30,790 nucleotides of DNA from IMG/VR virus record IMGVR_UViG_3300033076_001106, positions 1 to 30,790 of that record; one strand, given 5' to 3'. Under the pieces are notes generated by a model. That model was given only the letters and a program-made list of their open reading frames with translations, made no database searches and was not told where the DNA came from. Source of the stretch: a virus. Lineage: Duplodnaviria > Caudoviricetes. The translations under genes were made by a program, and so were the position numbers. Positions 1 through 9,233 of the stretch are shown here, one piece after another (position 1 is the first letter of the stretch; each line of letters begins with the position of its first letter).

Positions 1-148
1 CATCTCTACCGATGACTGGGTCTATTTTACCCTCTTCTACCATTTTGTTTAAATCCCTTGAGAAATTATCAAGTATAGGGGTGGTGGACCCTTTTCTTGT
101 TTTCTTTGGGTTTGATACGTTTCCTTCTTCGAAAAAATCTACTGACAT
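1..148 (-). CDS. Clp/Hsp100 AAA+ ATPase (ClpB/ClpC-like), 5' part only; runs off the window start
   Basis: Not in the ORF track. Manual translation from ATG at 148 gives MSVDFFEEGNVSNPKKTRKGSTTPILDNFSRDLNKMVEEGKIDPVIGRD, matching the TPxLDxFxRDLxxxxxxGKxDPVIGR signature that opens the first AAA module of ClpA/B/C. Confidence 0.88.
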   Translation of the reverse strand, partial: MSVDFFEEGNVSNPKKTRKGSTTPILDNFSRDLNKMVEEGKIDPVIGRD

Positions 149-166
149 GTGAAATAATTTTCTTTA

Positions 167-195
167 AGTATACAAAAATAATCTTATAAAAACAA
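167..195 (-). promoter_or_regulatory. sigma70-like promoter for the clp gene
   Basis: Minus strand TTGTTT-N17-TATACT, 18 nt upstream of the ATG at 148. AT-rich background limits confidence. Confidence 0.45.
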
Positions 196-272
196 ATATC
201 CTATCTTTTCCTTACCTATAAAAATAAAAAGAAGATACTTTTAGAAATCCACTAAAGAGGTTTTTTATTTGA

Positions 273-280
273 TATTTATT
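273..280 (+). promoter_or_regulatory. putative late promoter motif TATTTATT
   Basis: Recurrent motif; 27 nt upstream of the KTSC gene start. Confidence 0.5.
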
Positions 281-307
281 ATGTATAATAATATCTAAAA
301 AAATATT

Positions 308-553
308 ATGTCGATTATTTTAGAAAAAACAGAAGGTAACATTACAGAGGTTGTTGTTTCATCATCAAACCTAAATCGTGCAATCTATAACTTAGATGAG
401 AACCATTTATCAATTGAATTTAATAATGGCTCTATTTATGAATATGAAAGTGTACCATTAGAAGTTTTTGAAAATTTTAAAAAATCAGAATCTCAAGGTA
501 AATTTTTTAATACTAACATATCAAGAACGTACAAATACAAGAAAATTAAATGA
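308..553 (+). CDS. KTSC domain protein
   Basis: VSSSNL..A.YN....LSIEFNNGSIYEY..VP.EVFENF..SESQGKFFN.NI...Y is the typical KTSC pattern. Confidence 0.9.
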   Translation: MSIILEKTEGNITEVVVSSSNLNRAIYNLDENHLSIEFNNGSIYEYESVPLEVFENFKKSESQGKFFNTNISRTYKYKKIK

Positions 554-1338
554 GTGTAATTGATGAAATAATAGAAGACATGGAAAAGGACAAAGAGATT
601 GTAAAATCTTTTGTCCCTAAAGACACGTTACCGAAAAATATATTTGATATTAATAACGGTAAGTCTGTTTTAAACTCAGAAGTTCGAAAAAAAATGTTAG
701 AAATAACAGAAGAATTTATTGATTTTGTTGGGGTTAACTTTTTCATTTATGATATTATTTTTATAGGTTCACTCGCAAATTACAATTGGTCTGAATATTC
801 AGACGTTGATATTCACATATTAATCGATTATGACGAGTTTGATGAGTCTGAGAACAAAGATTTAGTTGTTTACCATCAAATTGTACAAGATTTTTTCGAT
901 GTTAAAAGAAGATTATGGAACGAAACCACTGACATTAAAATTAAAGGGTATGAGGTTGAAATGTATGTTCAAGATGTAGATGACAAATATGTTGCCACAG
1001 GTGTTTACTCCGTTTTAAATAATGACTGGGTTGTAGAACCAAAAAAATTCGAGTCCGCGTTTGAATTAAACGAGAAAAAAATTTTAGAAAAATCTGAGGA
1101 ATACGCAAAAGAGATAGAGCGTTTAGAAGGTTTAAATGATAAAGGTCAAGACGTTTCAAAAGAAATAAAGACCCTAAAAGACAAACTAAAAAAATTCAGA
1201 CAATCAGGATTAGAAAAAGGGGGTGAGTATTCTTATGAAAATTTAACCTTCAAATTATTAAGAAGAAATGGATTTATCGAAAAACTTTTTAATATCAAAA
1301 GTTCAATACGAAATAAAAAATTGTCCCTACCGCAATAG
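550..1338 (+). CDS. DNA polymerase beta-superfamily nucleotidyltransferase-like protein
   Basis: IFIGSLANYNWSEYSDVDIHI (hGS...DxD) plus a downstream strand EVEMYVQD. ATGA overlap with the KTSC gene. Confidence 0.8.
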   Translation: MSVIDEIIEDMEKDKEIVKSFVPKDTLPKNIFDINNGKSVLNSEVRKKMLEITEEFIDFVGVNFFIYDIIFIGSLANYNWSEYSDVDIHILIDYDEFDESENKDLVVYHQIVQDFFDVKRRLWNETTDIKIKGYEVEMYVQDVDDKYVATGVYSVLNNDWVVEPKKFESAFELNEKKILEKSEEYAKEIERLEGLNDKGQDVSKEIKTLKDKLKKFRQSGLEKGGEYSYENLTFKLLRRNGFIEKLFNIKSSIRNKKLSLPQ

Positions 1339-1367
1339 AAACAATAAATTTTTTATCTATATGCATG

Positions 1368-1375
1368 TATTTATA
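1368..1375 (+). promoter_or_regulatory. putative late promoter motif TATTTATA
   Basis: Recurrent motif; 37 nt upstream of the ATG at 1413. Confidence 0.55.
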
Positions 1376-1412
1376 GGATACAAGAATAATATAATTATCA
1401 ACATTTAAAGAA

Positions 1413-2444
1413 ATGGCAGATTTAAAACCATTAGGAAGCGAAAAACTTAACGGAGACGACAAACTAAGACGTATCCTTGAGTTGACCTATTACGGTAATG
1501 ATAAAAAATCATCTACCCCTAACCAATCATTAGTATCTAAAACTGAATATCTTTCTGAATCCATAAGTGGTTTCAGATTTGGTATTGTAAAAGAAAAAGA
1601 TGGATACTATGTAAAAAAAGGTTTAAACGAAAATTCATTAGACTACATTGGTGGTCTATTCATGAAAAATAAAAACAGATTTAATTCATATGCTGAAGCT
1701 TTAAAAAGATTAGAGCTTTTATCTGGTGGTGAATTAAATGAAGCAACAAAATATGTTCTAAAACAGAAACCAACTTCAGAACCAGCTAACGAGGCTCCGG
1801 TTCCGTCACCTGAAATGGGTGACGTACCACCTGTACCTGCAGCACCTGAAGGAGATGTACCACCATCACCTGAAATGGGTGATGAAATGGGTGGTGATGT
1901 ACCTCCACCAGCTCCTGAAATGGGTGATGAAATGGGTGGTGACGAACCATCTGATTCATCAGGTAAACCTTCCGATTATATGGCGGAAATTCAAAAATTC
2001 GCTGGTAAATTAGGTCAAGAGTTAAGAGACCAAAAAGATAAAATGGAAAGTGATGATATTAAATACGTCCTTAACATGATTATCTCAGCTGTTGATTTGG
2101 ATAAATTAGAAGATGAGGATATTGAAGAAATTGGTAAAAAATTCGATAGAGACATTGAAGATGATGTTGAGTTGTCTGACGAACCATCTGACGATATGTC
2201 TGATGTACCAGCAGATGACGATACCACACCGGCTGAACCAACTGCTGATGATGATTTAGGTGAAATGCACGCAATGGATAAGTTGGAAAGTTTCATTAAC
2301 ACACCAATGTCAACCGAAGAAGAAATTGATTTATCTAAATACGCCGATTTGGGTGGTGATGATGTTAAAGAAATTGATTTAGATGAAATAAAAAAAGAAA
2401 TCAACAAAACAATATCTGACACTTTAGGTAAATACTTTAAGTAA
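1413..2444 (+). CDS. hypothetical acidic, Pro-rich protein; possible prohead core/internal head protein
   Basis: 343-aa ORF with folded-looking segments separated by P/E/D/G/M low-complexity linkers and an LNE|A site; lies upstream of terL. Confidence 0.7.
   Translation: MADLKPLGSEKLNGDDKLRRILELTYYGNDKKSSTPNQSLVSKTEYLSESISGFRFGIVKEKDGYYVKKGLNENSLDYIGGLFMKNKNRFNSYAEALKRLELLSGGELNEATKYVLKQKPTSEPANEAPVPSPEMGDVPPVPAAPEGDVPPSPEMGDEMGGDVPPPAPEMGDEMGGDEPSDSSGKPSDYMAEIQKFAGKLGQELRDQKDKMESDDIKYVLNMIISAVDLDKLEDEDIEEIGKKFDRDIEDDVELSDEPSDDMSDVPADDDTTPAEPTADDDLGEMHAMDKLESFINTPMSTEEEIDLSKYADLGGDDVKEIDLDEIKKEINKTISDTLGKYFK
1809..1942 (+). repeat. in-frame coding tandem repeat (PEMGDEMGGD)
   Basis: cctgaaatgggtgatgaaatgggtggtga occurs at 1869 and 1914 (45-bp period), with a partial copy at 1809. 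Confidence 0.85.
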
Positions 2445-2445
2445 A

Positions 2446-2847
2446 ATGCGTCTTATTTATGTCAACGAAATCGGAACCGATTATAAAGGTCAAAAACAGT
2501 ATGAATTCATTTTTAGTGAATCAACTGAGATAGACATGGACGAATGGTTTGACGTACCCGCATCATCGACTTCAACACCTAAATCACCAAACATAGAATA
2601 TATAGACCAAGTAGGTCTTCTTCAGGACACCGATATAGTTTTTGAATTAATTCAAAATTCGGACTATTTCGGTGTTATTGATGCTGTGGACGGAATAATC
2701 GCCATGGCTTGGGAAAAATCCAATTTTGATTTAGATGAGGATAGACTGTTTTTCCGTTTTGGTGAATCATATGAAAACGTTTCAAAAAAATTAAAGGAGA
2801 GAGGTGTATCTCTCGAAAAAAAATCAATAAAATTCAAAGAGTCATGA
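2446..2847 (+). CDS. hypothetical protein
   Basis: 133-aa ORF packed 1 nt after the previous stop, with an ATGA overlap to the next gene. Confidence 0.75.
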   Translation: MRLIYVNEIGTDYKGQKQYEFIFSESTEIDMDEWFDVPASSTSTPKSPNIEYIDQVGLLQDTDIVFELIQNSDYFGVIDAVDGIIAMAWEKSNFDLDEDRLFFRFGESYENVSKKLKERGVSLEKKSIKFKES

Positions 2848-3455
2848 ATAGAAAATTAATCATTGAAAAATTAATAGTTGAAGGGTTTTCAGAAAAAACT
2901 CTTTCTCGTTTAAGTGATAACGAATTATCTACTTTATCTAAAACAGTTCTTAAAGAATCTGTGATGATTAAAAAAGATAATGTAAAGGACATCGCAGCGG
3001 CTAAAGCAGCGGGTAAAACCATCGAAACTTACGAATCAAAAGTTTGTTCCAAATGTGGAATGAAAGATTGTAAGTGTAAAGATAAAAAACATGGAGATGT
3101 TGATGAAAATGTTTCAGAAATTGAAGAATGGGTGTTAAATTTGGGTGAATCAAAATATTCACAATTTACATCTAAAAACGACATCATGAACATTATCAGT
3201 GAAAAAATGGAAACCACTTTCCAACCAATGCCAAAAACCAAAGCGAAAAAAGGACATAACGGTGTTCCCGAATTTATGACTTACGATTCAATTGTTGCAG
3301 CTGCGGAACCCGCACCAGCACCAACCAAACCAGATGTTGATACACCAACCAAACCAAAGACACCTGGTAAACCAACCATTGACCCTTTTGAACCAGGACC
3401 CGGTACTGACCCTAAACCAAAGGCGTTAGCCGAAAAGAAAAAAAGTTCAAAATGA
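2844..3455 (+). CDS. hypothetical protein with small Cys cluster and Pro/Thr/Lys-rich tail
   Basis: CSKCGMKDCKC motif; C-terminal PAPAPTKPDVDTPTKPKTPGKP; ATGA overlaps at both ends. Confidence 0.75.
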   Translation: MNRKLIIEKLIVEGFSEKTLSRLSDNELSTLSKTVLKESVMIKKDNVKDIAAAKAAGKTIETYESKVCSKCGMKDCKCKDKKHGDVDENVSEIEEWVLNLGESKYSQFTSKNDIMNIISEKMETTFQPMPKTKAKKGHNGVPEFMTYDSIVAAAEPAPAPTKPDVDTPTKPKTPGKPTIDPFEPGPGTDPKPKALAEKKKSSK

Positions 3456-4804
3456 AATTTAAGAAAAAAGATTTAATATCTTTACTCGAAGATATTAACG
3501 AAATGCCAATGGATTTTGATACAGAAGATAGACCTTTTCAAGGTATACAGAATAAACTATCTACAGGAGATACTCCTTTAAAAAAAGTCCCACTACCTCA
3601 AACAGGTGATGATACGAACAAAAATTTCCAAGAATTACTTGCGTCTGAGAGATACAGACAAGTAATTGCTAAAGTTAGGGAATACACAGGTTTACAAACA
3701 CCAATCAAAGGTGAAGAAGGTATTATGCCTTTGGTTCAAATGATGATGCAGGCCCACAATGAAATTATTCAAACCGAAGCTAACCATAGACAAGAATTGG
3801 AACAATTAGCGGTTGAGTTGGTAAAAAAAGAAATGTCAATTCCTGAAGGTAAATTACAATTTGATGCTAAAATTGTTGGTTTAGGTGAGATTAATACTGA
3901 TAACTTCAATAGAGAAATGGAGGAAGAACCAAATATGGACCCTGTTAATATTGAACAAGATTTGGCTGATGATTTGGACACAATGGACTTAGAAAAGGCT
4001 AAAAGAAGATTAATAAACAGTATGATACAAGGGGCATCCAAAAAAGGTCACTATATGTATCATTATGTTGCAGATAAAATCGCAGAAATTACTGGTTCTA
4101 ACGCTTTATTAAATCAATATGGTATTCTTATGTCAATAAACGATAGTTTATATTGGCAGTTGAGTGATGACACCATGAAAATGATGATGGGTGGTGGTGG
4201 TGCCGGTGGAAGTGTTGGTGGTAAAGAAGAAGTTAGAAGAAACACAAACCCTCCTACAATTGTTGCTAGAGGTGTAAATTTCCCAATATTAGTACATGAA
4301 TTGATAAAAGGTGTATTAGAATTATTCGCAATACAAGGTCGACCAAAAGATGAAGAGGGTAACGAAGACCCAAGGTGGTCAGAAATTGAACAATCTGAAG
4401 ATACCCTTGAAAAAGAAGTTTGGGATTTACGTCTTGGACCTTCAATTTGGGACAGAATCAGACGACAGTTTCCTGACGAAATTTTAATCGACGAAAACAA
4501 ATTCGCGTTACAGAATTACTTAATGGTAAGTATTTTCAGATTACCAGCTAAAGAATTTTTAGTATTTACTAAAGAGGTATTATCAGGTTCTGAAAATGGA
4601 AAAAGATTTATGGCTGAATTATTACAGGGTATTGACCAGATGTTAAGAAATCAAGATTATCAAGAAGCTATGGCGAATTTCAATGAAGATTTGGAACAAG
4701 TAACTGATGATGTAGATGACGACGACTTAAGAAATTTCTTAGGTGATATTGGAATACAATTATCCGATGATGACGACGATGGTCCACAAGGTCCTACGGT
4801 ATAA
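3452..4804 (+). CDS. hypothetical protein, possibly virion-associated
   Basis: 450-aa ORF with N-terminal LLEDINE|M segment and acidic tail, followed by a terminator. Confidence 0.8.
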   Translation: MKFKKKDLISLLEDINEMPMDFDTEDRPFQGIQNKLSTGDTPLKKVPLPQTGDDTNKNFQELLASERYRQVIAKVREYTGLQTPIKGEEGIMPLVQMMMQAHNEIIQTEANHRQELEQLAVELVKKEMSIPEGKLQFDAKIVGLGEINTDNFNREMEEEPNMDPVNIEQDLADDLDTMDLEKAKRRLINSMIQGASKKGHYMYHYVADKIAEITGSNALLNQYGILMSINDSLYWQLSDDTMKMMMGGGGAGGSVGGKEEVRRNTNPPTIVARGVNFPILVHELIKGVLELFAIQGRPKDEEGNEDPRWSEIEQSEDTLEKEVWDLRLGPSIWDRIRRQFPDEILIDENKFALQNYLMVSIFRLPAKEFLVFTKEVLSGSENGKRFMAELLQGIDQMLRNQDYQEAMANFNEDLEQVTDDVDDDDLRNFLGDIGIQLSDDDDDGPQGPTV

Positions 4805-4812
4805 AAAGTCTT

Positions 4813-4837
4813 AAGGGTGGTTTTAACCACCCTTTTT
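4813..4837 (+). terminator. Rho-independent terminator
   Basis: Stem AAGGGTGGT / ACCACCCTT, loop TTTA, T-run, 8 nt after the stop at 4804. Confidence 0.8.
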
Positions 4838-4839
4838 CA

Positions 4840-4847
4840 TATTTATA
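4840..4847 (+). promoter_or_regulatory. putative late promoter motif TATTTATA (terL)
   Basis: Sits between the terminator and the terL ATG, with a 3-nt gap to the ATG. Confidence 0.65.
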
Positions 4848-4850
4848 TAT

Positions 4851-6626
4851 ATGAGTAATCAAAAAATAGAACAGTTAAAGGAATACGCACGCATTTTAAA
4901 AGACACACCATATGCGTTAAAGACGTATCTACAGACATATGATAATACACAAAAAAGATATGTCCCATTAGAATTGTTCCCCGACCAAATACAATTGTTA
5001 AAAGATTACGAATCTTACAACGAAAATATTACCAGAAAATATAGACAGGCGGGGGTTACCACAGTTACAGCGGCGTGGATTTCAAAAAAATTACAATTAG
5101 CCAAACCTGAAAATCCTGAAAGGGTTCTTGTCATCGCGAACAAAAAAGATACCGCGGTGGAGATGGCTAATAAGATTAGAAATTTTTTAGACCAATGGCC
5201 TGAGTGGATAAATGTTGGGTTCTCACCTGATAAAAACTCTGAAAGTAGATTTAGATTAAACAATGGTTGTGAGGTCAAAGCGGTTGCAACATCCGCGGAT
5301 GCTTTACGTGGATACACACCAACTATTCTTGTATTTGACGAGGCTGCATATATCGAAGCGGGGGAAGACTTTTGGGCAGCATCTATGGCATCCCTTTCTA
5401 CAGGGGGTAAAATTATCCTCATATCAACACCAAACGGTTTTGACCCAATTTACTACGGTGTATACGACCAAGCTATTAGAGGTGTTAATGATTTTCATAT
5501 TACCGATTTGAGATGGTTTAAAGACCCAAGATATACCAAGGACTTAAGATGGGTTAAATGTAATGATATCGTTCATTACATGCTGAATAGAGAACAATAT
5601 AATGATGATGAAGTTGTGATGAATGACTTTGACATAATCAACTACAAACAATATGAGGAGGAGGGTTATAAACCCCTCTCATCATGGTTTGAATCCATGT
5701 CTAAAAAGTTCAAATTTGATAGAAGAAAAATCGCACAGGAATTAGAGTGTGATTTTCTTGGTTCGGGTGATGGTGTTATTCCTTCAGAAATTCAAGACAA
5801 TATTGTAAAAAATATGTTAAGAGACCCGAAAGAAAAATATATGCAGGGTACATTTTGGCAGTGGAAAGAACCAGTACAGGGTCACAAATATATAATGGGT
5901 GTCGATGTGTCAAGAGGAGATAGTGAAGATTTTTCGTCAATTAATATAATTGATTTTGATGAAAGAGAACAGGTTGCTGAATATATTGGTAAAATACCAC
6001 CCGACGATTTGGCGTCAGTTGCATATAAATGGGGTACTCTTTATGAGGCGTTCATTGTTGTTGATATAACAGGTGGTATGGGTGTTGCAACATCGAGGAA
6101 ACTACAAGAATTAAATTACAAAAATCTATATATTGACGGAATCAATACTAAAAATATTTGGGAATACAATTCCAAAGCGATGGAAAAAATTCCTGGATTA
6201 AATTTTAATAATAAAAGAACTCAAATTGTTGCAGCCTTTGAAGAACAATTAAGAAAAGGGTTTCAGGTAAGGTCTGCAAGATTGATGAACGAACTCAATA
6301 CATTTGTCTATCTTAACGGAAGACCTGACCACATGAAAGGTACTCACGATGACGCGATTATGAGTATGTCAATGGCATTATATGTTGGGGATATTTCATT
6401 TTCCCAATTAACAAAAAATGAAAATGCCAATAAAGCGATGTTAGAATCTTGGACATTGTCTGAAAGGACTTATGAACCAAATAAATCATTTTATTCATAT
6501 GGAACCGCATTTGACCAAATAGGTTCGATGTCAATGGATAATGACCCAAATATTCCAAAACATAATAATAACGCAACAAAAGAACACTATGCACAGTATT
6601 CTTGGTTATTTAGTAAAAAAAGATAA
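4851..6626 (+). CDS. terL: terminase large subunit (T4 gp17-like)
   Basis: Q motif LFPDQ, deviant Walker A RKYRQAGVTT, Walker B ILVFDEAA, coupling motif ISTPNG, QELECDF, nuclease motifs GVDVSRG and HDDAIMS. Confidence 0.96.
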   Translation: MSNQKIEQLKEYARILKDTPYALKTYLQTYDNTQKRYVPLELFPDQIQLLKDYESYNENITRKYRQAGVTTVTAAWISKKLQLAKPENPERVLVIANKKDTAVEMANKIRNFLDQWPEWINVGFSPDKNSESRFRLNNGCEVKAVATSADALRGYTPTILVFDEAAYIEAGEDFWAASMASLSTGGKIILISTPNGFDPIYYGVYDQAIRGVNDFHITDLRWFKDPRYTKDLRWVKCNDIVHYMLNREQYNDDEVVMNDFDIINYKQYEEEGYKPLSSWFESMSKKFKFDRRKIAQELECDFLGSGDGVIPSEIQDNIVKNMLRDPKEKYMQGTFWQWKEPVQGHKYIMGVDVSRGDSEDFSSINIIDFDEREQVAEYIGKIPPDDLASVAYKWGTLYEAFIVVDITGGMGVATSRKLQELNYKNLYIDGINTKNIWEYNSKAMEKIPGLNFNNKRTQIVAAFEEQLRKGFQVRSARLMNELNTFVYLNGRPDHMKGTHDDAIMSMSMALYVGDISFSQLTKNENANKAMLESWTLSERTYEPNKSFYSYGTAFDQIGSMSMDNDPNIPKHNNNATKEHYAQYSWLFSKKR

Positions 6627-6667
6627 TCCTTTATTATAAAAATAAAATTAATTATATTCTCATAAAC

Positions 6668-6675
6668 TATTTATA
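6668..6675 (+). promoter_or_regulatory. putative late promoter motif TATTTATA (portal)
   Basis: 3-nt gap to the portal ATG, the same spacing as at terL. Confidence 0.65.
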
Positions 6676-6678
6676 TAC

Positions 6679-8487
6679 ATGGCGGAAAGTAATATGACTG
6701 TATTTCAGAGATTGACAAAGATGTTTGGGTACCCGGGTAAGGTGACCCCTGAAGAAGCACCGTCTTTCAATTTTGATAAAGAACAAATTTTAAAAACGAG
6801 TAGTAGGGAAGAGTATGAAAAAGCGATGTTACAAGCTCAACAGAGTCAATACATTGCGGATAAATGGACAAAACTTGACCAGTCTCTTTATAATCAATCT
6901 GTTTACTACGAACCTAACAGATTATCTGCTTATTATGATTACGAATCGATGGAGTTTACTCCTGAAATTTCCGCGGCATTAGATATCTACGCTGAAGAAT
7001 CAACAACATTATCTGAAAAGGGTGAAATATTAACTATTTTCTCAGAGTCAACAAGAATCAAAACTATTCTTGAGGATTTATTCATGAATAGGTTAGATTT
7101 GAATACTAACTTACAAATGTGGACCAGAGGAACGTGTAAGTACGGTGATAATTTCGTTTATCTTAAAATAGACCCCGAAAGAGGTATTGTTGGTTGTCAA
7201 CAATTACCAAATATTGAAATTGAAAGACACGAAGGTAAAGAAAGTAAAACACCGAATCAACAAAACGCAATGCAACTTCCTACAAGGGAGTTAAGATTCC
7301 AATGGAAAAATAAAGATTTAGAATTCCAAGCTTGGGAAATCGCACACTTCAGATTATTAGGTGATGACAGAAAACTTCCTTATGGTACATCCATGTTGGA
7401 TAAAATCAGAAGGATTTGGAAACAATTACTTTTAGCGGAAGATGCTATGTTGATTTATAGAACAACAAGAGCACCCGAAAGAAGAGTTTTCAAAATATTT
7501 GTCGGTAACATGGATGACAAAGACATTGAAGCATATGTACAACGTGTTGCAAATAAATTTAAAAGAGACCAAGTAGTTGATGCTAGAAATGGTCAGGTTG
7601 ATATGAGATATAATCAAATGGCTGTTGACCAAGATTATTTTATTCCTGTTCGTGACCCGGCTCAAACAAACCCAATTGAAACATTAGCAGGAGCACAGAA
7701 CTTAGGTGAGATTGCCGATATCGAATATATCCAAAAGAAAATGTTAGCAGCTCTTCGTATTCCTAAAGCATTCTTAGGTTTTGAAGAGGTTGTTGGTGAT
7801 GGTAAGACCTTGGCGTTAATGGATATTCGTTTTGCGAGAACTATTAACAGAATTCAAAAATCAGTAATTCAAGAATTAAATAAAATTGCATTAATTCATC
7901 TTTACTTATTAGGTTTAGAAGATGAACTAGATAACTTCACACTATCATTAACAAATCCATCTGCACAATCTGATTTATTAAGAATTGAACAGTGGAAAGA
8001 AAAAATAACATTATATAAAGACGCAACGTCCGACCAATCTCAAATTGGTATTCTACCTGTTTCACACACTTGGGCTAAGAAAAACATTCTTGGTATGAGT
8101 GATAGTGAAGTAATTCTTGATTTACAACAACAAAGAATTGAAAGAGCAATTGGTTTTGAATTAACGAATACACAAAACGTAATTAAACGAAGCGGTGTGT
8201 TTGATGACGTAGATTCTAAATACGGAGTTCCTGAAGAGGAAAGACAAGAAGGTGGTGAAACTCCGGGTGGTGAAGCCGGTGGTATGGATATGGGTGCAGG
8301 TTCACCTCCACCTCCCCCACCAGCTGGCGGCGGTGAAGCTCCACTAAGTGAAAATGAAACTAAAAAACATAATATTTTAAGTATGTTGAACGAAAATGAT
8401 AAATTGGAAGATTTATTTGACATGAATAAAGCTCAACAGAATATTTATGAAATAGAAAATAAACTAAAAGATTTCTTAAACGAATAA
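6679..8487 (+). CDS. portal vertex protein (T4 gp20-like)
   Basis: LLAEDAMLIYRTTRAPERRVFKIFVGNM, DYFIPVR, IETLAGAQNLGEIADIEY and ALRIPK are gp20 hallmark motifs. Confidence 0.96.
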   Translation: MAESNMTVFQRLTKMFGYPGKVTPEEAPSFNFDKEQILKTSSREEYEKAMLQAQQSQYIADKWTKLDQSLYNQSVYYEPNRLSAYYDYESMEFTPEISAALDIYAEESTTLSEKGEILTIFSESTRIKTILEDLFMNRLDLNTNLQMWTRGTCKYGDNFVYLKIDPERGIVGCQQLPNIEIERHEGKESKTPNQQNAMQLPTRELRFQWKNKDLEFQAWEIAHFRLLGDDRKLPYGTSMLDKIRRIWKQLLLAEDAMLIYRTTRAPERRVFKIFVGNMDDKDIEAYVQRVANKFKRDQVVDARNGQVDMRYNQMAVDQDYFIPVRDPAQTNPIETLAGAQNLGEIADIEYIQKKMLAALRIPKAFLGFEEVVGDGKTLALMDIRFARTINRIQKSVIQELNKIALIHLYLLGLEDELDNFTLSLTNPSAQSDLLRIEQWKEKITLYKDATSDQSQIGILPVSHTWAKKNILGMSDSEVILDLQQQRIERAIGFELTNTQNVIKRSGVFDDVDSKYGVPEEERQEGGETPGGEAGGMDMGAGSPPPPPPAGGGEAPLSENETKKHNILSMLNENDKLEDLFDMNKAQQNIYEIENKLKDFLNE

Positions 8488-8492
8488 CTAAA

Positions 8493-9233
8493 ATGACAAA
8501 CTTTGGTGAATTAAAAACAAAACTGTTGACAAAACTTACAGAGTCTTACACTTCTAATAATAAGAGTGAAATTAAAGATTTGGTAAATAAACTAAAATCA
8601 AATAAACCTTTATCTGAGATGTACATGTTCTATGAGAACATAGAAGATTTAAACATTTCATCAAAAGAAAAGGCAAAATTATATGTAGAATCGATTGAAC
8701 CTATTTTGATAGAAAAAATGAAGTCTCTGAAAAAAGAGATGAAGGATTTTGGAAAATCTTTAAAAGATGTTGTGGTAGAATCGAATTCACTTTATAATAC
8801 TTTGGATATTCTTTCAGAAGAAACCAACATGCACAATATTGCATCTAAAATTGATGCTAGAGAAAATTTGATTTCTCATTTAATCGCGGAAAAGAAAAAA
8901 GAAGTTTTTAAAGCTCCTGATGTTCAAATTGAAAATCATACTCTATTGAACACTGTGTTAGTAAACAACTTCAACATCAAGTATGCCGATTTCTTAAAAG
9001 AAGACCAAAAAGAAACATTCAATAAGATTGTATCAATGACCAGTGAACAATTGGTTAATGAAATGACGACAATTAAGAAAGAGCTCAACGATAAGTTGGA
9101 TACACTTCTTAAAGAATCGTCTGAAGACTCTGTGGTTAATAAATTAATGAATGTAAAATCCGAAGTAGACAAATCGGAAGTTTCGAGATACAACTATTAT
9201 AAATTAATAGAATTGAAAAACGGATTACTTTGA
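8493..9233 (+). CDS. hypothetical helical protein (bS21 neighbour)
   Basis: 246-aa K/E/L-rich ORF directly after portal; its 3' end overlaps the bS21 3' end by 9 nt. Confidence 0.8.
   Translation: MTNFGELKTKLLTKLTESYTSNNKSEIKDLVNKLKSNKPLSEMYMFYENIEDLNISSKEKAKLYVESIEPILIEKMKSLKKEMKDFGKSLKDVVVESNSLYNTLDILSEETNMHNIASKIDARENLISHLIAEKKKEVFKAPDVQIENHTLLNTVLVNNFNIKYADFLKEDQKETFNKIVSMTSEQLVNEMTTIKKELNDKLDTLLKESSEDSVVNKLMNVKSEVDKSEVSRYNYYKLIELKNGLL

Noticed and set aside
149-307. tRNA or structured ncRNA in the longest intergenic gap
   Set aside because: Very AT-rich with no cloverleaf or stable stems; explained by divergent promoters.
5030-5066. Terminase Walker A lacks GKT (reads RKYRQAGVTT), suggesting inactivity
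   Set aside because: Deviant Walker A motifs with a displaced lysine are known in large terminases, and all other motifs are intact.
8245-8345. GC-rich patch in the portal gene as a foreign insertion
   Set aside because: It encodes an in-frame Gly/Pro low-complexity linker similar to those in ORF 1413.
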